DNA of 63,273 nucleotides, filler included, from Pelomyxa schiedti (lineage: Eukaryota > Protista > Evosea), in assembly GCA_020536535.1 (NCBI GenBank). It is 6 parts of 6 records of this genome, joined end to end, with 100 filler letters (N's around TTAATTAATTAA, not from the genome) between each part and the next. Parts side by side here need not be neighbours in the genome. Positions count along the whole stretch, not along the records: positions 1 to 31,380 come from JAHLWZ010001000.1; 5 more parts are not named here. One strand, written 5' to 3'. The translations under genes were made by a program, and so were the position numbers. The notes below the pieces were generated by a model. It made no database searches and was not told where the DNA came from. It saw only the letters and a list, made by a program, of their open reading frames with translations. Positions 1 to 10,417 of the stretch are shown piece after piece. Each line of letters starts with the position of its first letter. Within the stretch, counting starts at the first letter, position 1.

Positions 1-192
1 AAGTCCGACGGGACGTGCGGTGCGGCACCTCCGAGCGATTCCTGTGGTCATCTTCGTTTTTTGCTGTTGTGGTTCTGTGTTTTGTTGCGTTTGGTATCGC
101 TACCATTTTTTTTTTAACCTGCGTCTGCTTCACCAGGGAAGTAGGTGGTGGGTGATGGAGAGAACGGATCCACCATGAGAATGGGATTGCTG

Positions 193-234
193 GGTGTGGG
201 CGTGGGCGTGGGCGTGGGCGTGGGCGTGGGCGTG

Positions 235-313
<79 letters not shown>

Positions 314-348
314 GCGTGGGCGTGGGCGTGGGCGTGGGCGTGGGCGTA
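193..348. repeat. Compound hexamer microsatellite (GGCGTG)7-(GTCGTG)12-(GGCGTG)5
   Basis: Units counted directly. The low-complexity ORFs at 114-535 are translations of this repeat. Confidence 0.95.
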
Positions 349-985
349 CAACCACACCACAAAAAAAAAATTTCTTTTTTTCATCCACATGTTTGTATTG
401 CTGCCACTTTTTATTGCCAGTTGTGGTTTGTTGGGCGTTGGCTGTGTTGTTGCGGGTTCTGCCAGTTGGCAGCCGCCACAGATGAAAAAGTTGTGGGTGG
501 CAAAAATCGAGTTGTATAAATTCGGGAAAGTCTAATGATAGGTCAGTGTTGTGTCCCCGCTGGTGTTGTGGATTTCGACTACCAAGAAAAATCGGGAAAC
601 AAGCTGAGGGCAGACCGGTATTTTTTTTTTCATAGAAACAGTTTACTACCCCCGGGTACAGGGACTCCCTCGGGTGAATGTTAGAGTTGATTATTAGAGA
701 AGGAGAGAGGACGAGCCTCTCTCATCACAAAAATACGTGATCAAAGCGCATTAGTTGACGACCAGGAGCACGGTTGCTCATTAGTAAAAGGCGAATGACA
801 AAAACGTTATGCGCCTGGCCCTGCGCCGGTGACTTTCTTTTCACTTCTGTCCGCGACTTTTTATGCCCCTTCGGTCTTCCACACATTATGGGTTGTGAAC
901 AATCAATGAAATGTGGTCCAAGCAAATCCTATTACATTTCGGACTCCGTCACTCAACCCATGTGACAATAAGGAATTCTTGTTTA

Positions 986-3330
986 TTATTCACCTCTCTG
1001 GGCTCTGAGTTCTTTGAGTCTCCTCTTTGCCCTTGCCACAGCTGCAGCAACATCAGCCTTTGTGCTGTTCATAGTACCCTTGTTGTTTGAGTCTATGTGG
1101 AGTCCTTGTTGTGATTCCATCTGAGTTGGTCTGGAGAATTCCTCTTGGTCATTTACTGTCCCTTTGCTTTGTAGGATGCAGTTGTATCTGATCACAACAA
1201 TGCCGGTTGGTGTGGTCTCGAAGCCGTACCTAGAGAGCGTGGAATTGGTTGTTGAGTCTGGAATATCGGCCGCTCCGGATAGATATGCTAAGTCCTGTAG
1301 TTCTATAGAGGCCCCAATGAAGTGTTCTCGAAGCTGCTGTCTGACTGTGGGGGCCGGCATCCATGTCTGAATGTGTAATGTGTGGGACCCAGTTGCCGGA
1401 ATTAGTTTTGCATGTCCGTATCCTAATACGCGGTTGCAGTTCCATCTGTCCCGGGATTGAACCTTGTTGCATGTTAGTTTCTGGCCTGTTAGATGGGTAA
1501 AATACCTTGAAATACATGACTGGGCATGAGTTTTCGTTGGAGGGTGTTGTGAAAGATGGAGGAGATTCCGCTTCAAGTTCGAAGGGGTGGTTAAAATGGG
1601 CAATGGAGCGTGGGGTAAAGGAGCAGCCATTTGTACAGCTGCCAGAACCAGAACAGCAAATGCAGATTCCGTCGGTTGGAGGTCCCCATACCGGATCGGT
1701 GATGTGTGTAACAGATGATAGATCTTTCCTACTCCCCCGTTAATACTTCCAAGAATCCAAGAATTAAGATTGGGTACAAAGGTTGTTTGGGTATCCATCC
1801 CTCAGGGATGTGAATGAAAAATTCTATGAAAGTATCTACTGGGGATTAAAGGATTTAAGTTTGTCGGGGTTATGATACTGTTGTCTGGGAAATTGATCGA
1901 TTCCATGACTTCACCAAATATATAGGCCCGAAACAGACTTGGGTCAGTGGGTGGCGGCACAAAGTTATGAAATTGATATGTCTGTTGTGTCTGCAAAGCG
2001 GCACGATTTTGCTGAAGTACAGACCGGCGAGTTATAGAGTCTACTTGAGCAGCAGAGGATTTAGAGGGTTCATGCTTTGTTGGATTGCTAGTAGGGGAGG
2101 AGATTGCCCATTCAAATTCCTGCTAAAGGTCAGAAGAGAAGTAGGAAGAGCAAAGTAAGTTACCTGACCATCTTCAGTGGTAAACTTGTAGTAGGGGTGC
2201 AAGGTGTTATTCAAATCTGGTCTCAACTCTAATCTACCCGTCTGGGGAAAAAAGCGCACTTCACATAATATATGCTCAGAGCCTGTCCATGTCTGCGGTG
2301 GGGTTTGGCTCGGTGCTTTGTGGTCACCACTCCGGATTGCTGCCATAATATACATTACAATGCTACCTTTGTAAATATTTAACAGTGGAGAAACTCCATT
2401 TTGCACAGTTCCCTAAACGCAAAGTTAGGTAAAAGTCAAAGGTAAGTTTCAAAGATGCCAACTAGAGAAACTGGATGGCCCTCACTTGAGGAGGGAAGAG
2501 TTTCGGGAGGATGCGATCCTGAAGCAAGGGTCTGAATAAGTTTTTGTTCTAGCGGGGAAAATTTGGCAGATGTGGAAGTTGTTGGAGGGGGGAACATCTT
2601 GCAACTAAGATTAGATGAAAAAAGCAGGAAGAAAGATACCTGTAACAGGTCAAAGAAGTTGTCCTTGTGGACATAGCAAAATAGAGTACTTCCTTTTAGT
2701 TTTCCACGGCCAGAAGCAGCTTGTTTTGCCTCTAGTTTCTGGAATTCCGCGTACTGAGTACGCTGATGTGGGGTGAATTTGTCCAGATCCTTAAATACAA
2801 CTTAGTTTGATGTATTGGAAGGTTTTTCTTTTATTGTTTTTTAACACAGTTGTATTTTGTAACATACAAAATACACACAGCTTCAGACTGAATTGTGTGG
2901 AATCGTTCCACCTCTGACGGGCTCAAGATTTTCTTCTGCCACTTAAATACTGTTGTCACTGTCTTGGCAGCTGTATAAAATGGAGGAATTTAAGGAATAA
3001 ACCCTGGGGCCCGGAAATTGACACACTGATTTGGTCAGTTGCTCGTGACGTCGCCTGTGTCCCACCCGTGTCCGGGGTGCCAGGCTGGGTCCCCCCGCTG
3101 AGCCTCCTCAGCGTTACTCTGAGCCTCACGGACTCAACTTGGCCCCCGCCTCCGGCGTTGCCGCCGCCCCCGTCGTCGTTACCCAATCCCGCCAACGTAG
3201 TCCAATCCGCTGGCCTGTTGTTGGTTGTGCCCGTCGTCGCCGCGTCGTCGTCCGTCCCATCATCGCGCCGTTGTTGCCGCAGCGGCGCCAGCCAATAGAC
3301 GCCAGCACCACCGCTCGCCTTTTTGCTCAT
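986..3330 (-). CDS. MKS1: Meckel syndrome type 1 protein (B9/C2 ciliary transition-zone protein), multi-exon
   Basis: Exons in MKS1 order: GVYW..VESVRLRVTLRRL (2956-3330 ORF), WQKKILSPSEVE (about 2944), MYIMAA..EHILCEV..LELRPD, FRAYIFGEV, then the B9 C-terminus SRDRWNCNRVLGYGHAKL..GSHTLHIQTWMP..LREHFIGASIELQDLAY..LSRYGFETTPTG. Confidence 0.9.
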
Positions 3331-3586
3331 TCAGAAAAATCAAATCGAATAAGAAGTTTCCCCCACTTGTTTTGGAATGAACATGGACGGACCCATACGA
3401 TGGTCTTCAGCAAGACACACGTCTCGGTAATGAATAAAAAAAGAGCCCCAAAAAGAATTACTGATTTCCGCCAACACCGAGACCCGCAACTACAACAAAG
3501 ACCCCATTCACAGCGTCGGAATCCCCCAAACCAAAGTTTGTTTGTTGTTCGACGCCCACTACCACGCCCCGATCGCAGGCAGTTGA

Positions 3587-4816
3587 ATGGGCAACCAACT
3601 CCCCGAAGTCACTGTGGCCCTGCGTGCCCGCGACCAGTTCCTCGCCCTCGCCACGTCCACCCACCCGCGGTGCGGCGCCCGCAGCCCCCCTCGAGCCCTC
3701 GCCCAGCCGCTGCTCCGCCTCCTGTGGGACCTCTGCGTGGTGGCGACCGAGAGGCGCCTCGTGGCCGCCGTGGGCGCGTCGCGGGACCCCCCGCGCCACC
3801 TCGTGCACCGCGCCGGCGTGTCGCCCCTGCTCCTCAGCGTCACCCCCCGCGGCGTCGTGCACGCCCTCGAGGAGGACTTCGCCGCCAGGCGGGCGGACGC
3901 GGACCACTACGCCGAGATGAATGTGCGCTCCAAGGCGGATTATGGGTTTGTGCTGAAGCGCAGGGATGTGGTGTCACGGGGCTGCGTGGATGTGATGAGG
4001 CTGGAATACATCAGGGACCCTGTGTGGTCGTGGTACGGGACTTACTACTGCAACAGGAAGTGGTGGTGCGGTCTGAGTTCGGAGAGAGACTGCATGTTCC
4101 TTCAGAGTATCGCCGTGGGTCTGGAAGCTCCGAAACGGGAAGGCGGAGCTCCACCGGCACCACAGAGCGTGAGATTCGGAGTGACAGTGACGCCAGAGAA
4201 CGTGGATTACTTGTGGATGGGCAAGTCAGACGCGGATGAACTGTTGTTGGTGATTCGTCCAGGGATAGTAGAATACGGGACACATGAAAAGAGGATCCTT
4301 GTTGTGGATGCGCCACAGACATTTACCAGTGGAATACTCACCCTTGTGTGCTCTGTGGCCAGGGATTTGCCAGCAGGGCGTGTTCGTGAGGGATTCATCT
4401 TGAATGCAAAAACTGGGGAGCTGCTTTGTGTTCTTCAAGTGTGGATACAGTCTCCCCGTGGTTCCTCCAATCAAATATTTGTTGTGGAGATGAATCCCAG
4501 TGGCACAGTGAAACAACTTGGTGGTTGTAAGGGCTGTGAATTGTCGCGTGTGAGTGACTCACTCTTCTGCATTTCATTCGATAAGATGCAGTATGCCCTG
4601 TGGGATTGCAATGACACAGACCAACCGTTGAGGGTTGTGCTGACTGCAGCGTTTGTAATTGGTTTGGACTGTGGTTTCCTGTTGCGAGTCACTGACAAGG
4701 GCACAAACAAGGAAATGTGTGTGGTGGATGCTCTTTCTGGTTTTGTTGTACTGACTCTGGATTTCAACCCTGACTGGACCGTGTTCAAGAAGCAACACCT
4801 CGTTTCTGTTTATTAG
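3587..4816 (+). CDS. Intronless lineage-specific 'RCG / RVSDSLF' family protein (family X, divergent copy 1)
   Basis: 409-aa ORF. Shares ARDQFLALA..HPRCGARS..LLW, VSPLLL, ILVVDA, RVSDSLFC and VVDALSGFVVLTL with the ORFs at 49423, 52344, 54109, 56779 and 58270. Confidence 0.85.
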   Translation: MGNQLPEVTVALRARDQFLALATSTHPRCGARSPPRALAQPLLRLLWDLCVVATERRLVAAVGASRDPPRHLVHRAGVSPLLLSVTPRGVVHALEEDFAARRADADHYAEMNVRSKADYGFVLKRRDVVSRGCVDVMRLEYIRDPVWSWYGTYYCNRKWWCGLSSERDCMFLQSIAVGLEAPKREGGAPPAPQSVRFGVTVTPENVDYLWMGKSDADELLLVIRPGIVEYGTHEKRILVVDAPQTFTSGILTLVCSVARDLPAGRVREGFILNAKTGELLCVLQVWIQSPRGSSNQIFVVEMNPSGTVKQLGGCKGCELSRVSDSLFCISFDKMQYALWDCNDTDQPLRVVLTAAFVIGLDCGFLLRVTDKGTNKEMCVVDALSGFVVLTLDFNPDWTVFKKQHLVSVY

Positions 4817-4919
4817 CTCAAACGTGTGGCATCACCTTCTGTTGACCAAAGTTTTTGCACTGTCAGTGCAAATAAACAGTTTGGCTCAAAAAATGGAACT
4901 TAAAGAAAGGCAGACACAG

Positions 4920-5114
4920 GTTTGTCGAACCTACCTGCGTATTATTTCTGCCACTACCATTGACAAGGCAATGCTGGCAATGTGTGATCTTGGTTCGTGC
5001 TGTGTCAATGGTGATGGTGTTGAGAATGTAACTGATGGCTTTTCCAAGGACATCCGTGCAGCCCTCAGCCACACCGATGCAACTGCCAAGCTCAGAATGC
5101 AGAACAGTCATTAA
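4920..5114 (+). pseudogene. Collapsed relic of a SEL1-repeat gene
   Basis: YLRIISAT, AMCDLGSCCVNGDGVE and SKDIRAA match the N-terminal region, one repeat and the C-terminal cap of the adjacent SEL1 gene. The intervening repeats are missing. Confidence 0.6.
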
Positions 5115-5385
5115 AAAGCAACACTAAGTGTGGCTGAATAAAAAAACACCAGACCGCGAGACTGAGCGTTCCGGTCTGTTGATTATTTTATTCATAATCT
5201 TTTTCGCTGAACTCAATCAAGAACGACATGCAAAACACTTCGTGCGGTAGTCGCCGTCCCAAACAATCAAACACACAAACAAACTAAAACAAGTTCGCTT
5301 TCAGTTGCCAACTTGTTAACTTCAACAACCAGTGACATCAGTTTCCACTTCGTTGAGAAGTGTGACCTGCACAAGACGAAACGAG

Positions 5386-7430
5386 ATGATGATGGATGCA
5401 CTTTTTGAGTTGCAAGTGGGGAACATCGACTCCGCCCTTTCTCTTGTTGCCAACGCATTCTCCCTTTTTGCAAGTGACACGATCAACAGTTTCAATCATG
5501 GTGTGCGTCTGCTCGTTACCATTTTATTTCTCATTTCTTTTGCTTTCCAACCCAACACAAAATAAAAGGTGAATCATCATCGCCACTGTCATCACATGAA
5601 GGTCAGTGTGAATACCTCCCTGCTCTGGTGTTCCTTGTTTGTCTCCGCTGCGTCATCAATGACCACGTGTCACTTCATCACCACATTCCACCGTGCCTGT
5701 CTACGGCTTTCTCCAGCGCCATCTCCTCCCCGACGGAGGTGATGAGTGCACACTGCATGCGTGTCTTGAATCGCATCAGCGCAACAGAAGTAATTGCGGA
5801 ATGGGCTGGCCTTGCGTCGACCGCCTCCTCGAGAGGCAATGTTGATCATCAACAACGATCGCCACACACAAACTCGGAACAGTCGTGGTCGTGCATGTAT
5901 TTTGTTGCCCTGTGGAGGTTGTATTGCTGCTCATCATCAACAGAAAACCGCGAAGGTTCATCTTCAGCAGCACACATTTTTGTTGAAATGAGCGACAAGA
6001 TGCCACAACCAGAATCACCATGTGCTGATGTACACGGCAGCAAATCCATGATCACTTGCTCTGTGGGGCAGATTCACTGGTGTGTTTCCTCTGTCACATC
6101 TCTGGGCCTCTGCTATGACTTCGGTGTTGGTGGTGTTGAGAAGGACATTCACAAGGCAGTGACACTGTACCAGAGGGCTGCTGATGCTGGCAGTGCTCGG
6201 GCAATGGGAAACCTTGGTTGGTGTTATGAACATGGCGAAGGTGTTCGCAAGGATATTCACATGGCGGTGACACTGTACCAGAGGGCTGCTGATACTGGCG
6301 ATGCCCACGCAGTGTACCACCTTGGTCGGTGTTATGACAGTGGTGGTGTTGAGAAGGACACTCACAAGGCAGCGGCACTGTACCAGAGGGCTGCTGATGC
6401 TGGTCATGCCACCGCGATGTTCAACCTTGGTTCGTGTTGTTACAGTGGTGATGGGATTGACAAGTACGTCAGCAGGGCCATTACACTGTGGCAGAGGGCC
6501 GCTGATGCTGGAAATTCCGATGCAATGTGCAACCTTGGTTGGTGTTATAAAAACGGTGATGGTGTTGACAAGGATGCTCACAAGGCAGTGACACTGTACC
6601 AGAGGGCTGCTGACACTGGCAGTGCCCATGGAACGTTCGCCCTTGGTTTGTGTTATTACAAAGGCACTGGCATTGAGAAGGACATCCACAAGGCAGTGAC
6701 ACTGTTCCAGAGGGCTGCTGATTCCGGGAGTGCCCAGGCACAGTGCAACCTTGGTTGGTGTTATTACAATGGTGATGGTGTTGAAAAGGACATCCACCAG
6801 GCAGTGGCACTGTACCAGAGGGCTGCTGATGCTGGAAATTCACAGGCAATGTTCAACCTTGGTTCGTGTTATGACTATGGGCATGGTGTTGAAAAGGACA
6901 TCCACAAGGCAGTGGCACTGTACCAGAGGGCCGCTGATGCCGGTTGTGCCAAGGCAGTGAACAGGCTTGGCGAGTGTTATAAAAACGGTAGTGGTGTTGA
7001 CAAGGATGCTCACAAGGCAGTGACACTGTGGCAGAGGGCTGCTGATGCTGGTCATGCCACCGCAATGTGCTACCTTGCTGAGTGCTATGACAATGGTGAT
7101 GGTGTTGAGAAGGACATTCACAAGGCGGTGACACTGTGGCAGAGGGCTGCTGATGCCGGCGATGCCTCCGCAATTTTCAACCTTGGTGTGTGCTATCAGC
7201 ATGGCGATGGTGTTGAAAAGGACACTCACAAGGCGGCGACACTGTGGCAGAGGGCCGCTGATGCCGGCAGTGACCAGGCAATGTACGCCCTCGCGCAGTG
7301 TCACCAACGAGGCATTGGTGGTTCAGCCAAGGACATACGTGAGGCAATGAGACTGTGGCTGGCTGCTGCTGACCTTGGTAACCTGGATGCAATGGACCAA
7401 CTTAGGAGGCTAAACAACAACAACACCTGA
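5386..7430 (+). CDS. SEL1-like repeat protein with 12 tandem repeats of about 36 aa (108 bp)
   Basis: Repeats of LGxCYxxGxGVEKDxHKAVTL(Y/W)QRAADAG from about 6100 to 7400. 5' exon structure is uncertain: an ATG at 5386 (MMMDALFELQ) is followed by a probable intron. Confidence 0.9.
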
Positions 7431-7623
7431 AGAAACTAGCGACTCACTGGGGGGAAAAAATAAAATTCATTGGGGTTTTTAGAGGAACAATCAGACTTTT
7501 GAACAATAAACATATTTTTTAGTTAGTTAGTTGGGTTGGGTATAAGGAGGCAGACAGTATGACATGGTGGAATTCAAATGGAGAATGAAGACGATTACGT
7601 GATAGTCAACTGAGATGATGGTG

Positions 7624-8865
7624 CTAGGAATATGTCGAGATTCGGTTGTACTGATGGGTGTTGATATGGGAAGTAAGGAGGAAACGAGGGGGACAGTTCC
7701 AACTGTGACTGTTGCGGCTGGGGCTGTGTGGAGGTTGTGATTAGGTCAAGGGAATCCATTTCCCCAAGGGCTGGTGAGGCTGTGAGGGGAATGGGGTCTA
7801 TCGAAGGGCACCTGGATAGAAATCCCGATTGAGGGATTTCAATTACCGGCTGTGGGCCCAGAGCTTCCAGAGGATTGGAGATGCCGGGAGTCGGGTTTGC
7901 GGGTTGCTGTTGGCTTGGTGGTGGTGGCTGTTGTTGTTCACAGAGTGCCGCATCAAAATTAGGCAGTCCTGGGAAAAACAGAGTGACACCAATGCCACCT
8001 CGCTGCTTGAACTCACCTAGCTAGAAAAGGATTAAAAGGAGTTTGAGGCTGGGTTAGGTACCTTGGAGTCGTGCAAGTACTCAACTAATGGGGTTGCCTC
8101 CTTCAAATCTAATGCTGCGGCATAGCAGTTGAAATCGAGGTGTGAAGCCACTGGAATTGAGCACGCCGCATTATGCTTATTTCGGTGCTTCTTCTTTACT
8201 GGCAAGGACAAGTTGCACTCGGGGCAGTTATCTGGACTGCTGCATGGGGTGGAACTCTGGGAGGGAGAATTGGCTTTTGAATGCTTTATTTGTTTTTGTA
8301 TGCCACTAGAAGGTTGAGTGCAAGACTGTGGGGACTCCGGTGTTAACGGTACTTGACTGAGAAACACTCCCCTATGTCCTATAGTAACTTCTGCATTTGG
8401 ATCCTTCTGAGGTTGAGAAGCAATGCAAAGTTCAAATGACACACCTCCATTATCATTCTCTTCTTTGCAAGCACTACAGCAAGCTCTTCTGACCTTATTT
8501 GCCTCATTTCGTCAGAAATATCGGGTTTGCTCAGTGCACTTTCAAGCTCGTGTATTGCATTGTTTAGGCTTTGTATCTTTGCTCGGAATTACTAACTTTC
8601 GTTCTCTGATGTGATGTTAACATGCCTTCCTGTGAGGCCACCTCTTGATTCCATGCTTGCGGCAGAACTTTTTGAGCATAGTAGCACATATTCCAAGCTC
8701 GTTTGCTACCGTTTGAATTGGCAAATGAAAATACCTAACAGTCAAAGTGTCGGACAAACGCATACTAGTATATTAAATGCTATAGCATAGCGACAGAAAG
8801 CTATATTTAAATATTTTGAAAACGTACTGTGACAATTCTTCCCTCTTTAACTCGTTGTGCGGCAT
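7624..8865 (-). CDS. RWP-RK domain transcription factor
   Basis: Spliced translation MPHNELKREELSQ|YFHLPIQTVANELGICATMLKKFCRKHGIKRWPHRK|IQSLNNAIHELE, followed by an S/P/Q-rich C-terminus. 3' end approximate. Confidence 0.9.
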
Positions 8866-9077
8866 TCGTGACACCACTCCCCGGTTGTGCGCGTGGTTCG
8901 TTCGTCGAAGTTGGAGTTGGTTTTTTTTTTTTTTTGGCAAGCGATGTGACTGTTGGTTTACGGTGTCGTTGTTTGTTGTTTTTTTTATTTGCCGTTCTAT
9001 TGGATGGTCCAAACGCGCTACCCATCACTGAAATTTTTAATTATCTTTGTTCGCTTTTGTTCTTTTGATGGGTATTG

Positions 9078-9243
9078 GTGATGATTACCTAATCAAATCT
9101 TGGCTCAAAGATAGGCACACACCACCATCGGAGGCAGGTAGAGGAATTGCCTCAGGACAGAGTAGTGATCACCAAAGTTGGTAGTTCCCGAGATGGAACC
9201 CAGAGGGGTGATCTATCTTTCTTTGAAAGGTAACTCCGAAATT
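9078..9243 (+). ncRNA. Candidate structured ncRNA with a C-box and a D-like box (unassigned family)
   Basis: GTGATGA at 9078-9084. Nested complementary pairs TTACCT/AGGTAA, TCAAA/TTTGA, AAAGATAG/CTATCTTT, GAGGCA/TGCCTC, GATCACC/GGTGATC and GTTCC/GGAAC. CCGA at 9236-9239. No ORF; lies between divergent genes. Confidence 0.5.
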
Positions 9244-9365
9244 AAAATGGAAACGAACATTTGCGAAGTAAAAAAAAACAAACAAACGTTTTTGCGGCGG
9301 TACGCACACGCAAGCAGCAGCACCGTTTTGCGGCGTATTTTTACGGTAGTTGTGTAGTAGTTGGA

Positions 9366-10417
9366 ATGGCGGAACCTGATAAATTCAACATCATCTTGTT
9401 GGGAGGTAGTTTTTTTTTTTTTTTTCTGCGACGTCTTTTCCTAATTGCATTAAAAAGAGGTCAACGTGGGAAAAACCTCCATTTTGGAACGTTTTGCTGT
9501 ATGATTTTCCTTTTCCTTTCTCGGTACTTAATGTAAACAATATTAGTTGGACCAATACAATGCGGTTCACCAAATTGCGGAACAGCAGGTGCGTTTTCTT
9601 GTGGGCCGTTAGTTGTGCTTATTTCTTTTTCAGTTTATCAAAGACTACCCTGAATACAATGCCTCTGTGGCGTTGGTATACTTTGTATTTTTTTCCCGCC
9701 TCTTCTTACATCTTCTTTCCTTTGCAGCTCGATACTGCCGGCCAAGAGCGATTCCACACTATTACAAGTATTTACCCCCTCTCCCGTATTAACACACATA
9801 CGTTGAATAACGAAAATGAAAACCGTAGGCACATACTATAAGGATGCACATTCAGCAATCATTGTTTATGACGTAAACAATCCTGACACATTAGAAGCAA
9901 TTCCTGCAATTATTAGGGAGCTGGAATGGTAAACTTCACATTTTTCTTTTCAGGATCTAACTTGGAAAGTTTTCGACAAGGAATACCCATGGTGTTGGTT
10001 GGGAACAAATCCGACTTGGAAAATGATTGTGACGCCACCAAAGTCACCGTTGTCTTCCCACGCCCGTAGTTTTATCACTAACTTCACATAGGACTATGAA
10101 GCCAAATACTCTCTCAAACACATGTATGTTGTTCAGCTCCACAACACACTCCACTTCAGGCTTTAATTGATTGTAGGTTTTGTAGCTGCAGAAAGGGTGA
10201 AGGTGTAAAGGAAATCTTTGATTTTATCGTCAAGGAAACACATGACCAGTAAGAAAATCTTCAACACTTCCTTTCAGTAACAAATACAACAAGGATGACC
10301 GCCAAACCCAAAGTTGATGCCGGACCAAAAATTGTAAAGGCCGATGACAGCCCCTCCGGCGGCAAAAAACCAAAAAAACCTAAAGATCCAAAGAAGCATG
10401 GGTGCACACTTCTGTAA
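9366..10417 (+). CDS. Atypical Rab-like small GTPase with a CaaX tail (CTLL), multi-exon
   Basis: G1 GEVNVGKTS, G3 LDTAGQERFHTIT, YYKDAHSAIIVYDV, G4 VGNKSD, G5 CSCRKG, polybasic tail KKPKKPKDPKKHGCTLL*. Confidence 0.9.

Noticed and set aside
114-535. His-rich, Trp-rich or Val-rich repeat proteins
   Set aside because: Alternative translations of one microsatellite. No frame has independent support.
6100-7400. CRISPR-like repeat-spacer array
   Set aside because: The 108-bp period is in-frame coding SEL1 repeats. The variable parts are homologous to each other, and no cas genes are present.
9078-9243. SECIS element or U1 snRNA (TTACCT, GATCAC similarities)
   Set aside because: Not in a 3' UTR and lacks SECIS helix and loop spacing. 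Motif order, Sm site and the U1A loop do not fit U1.
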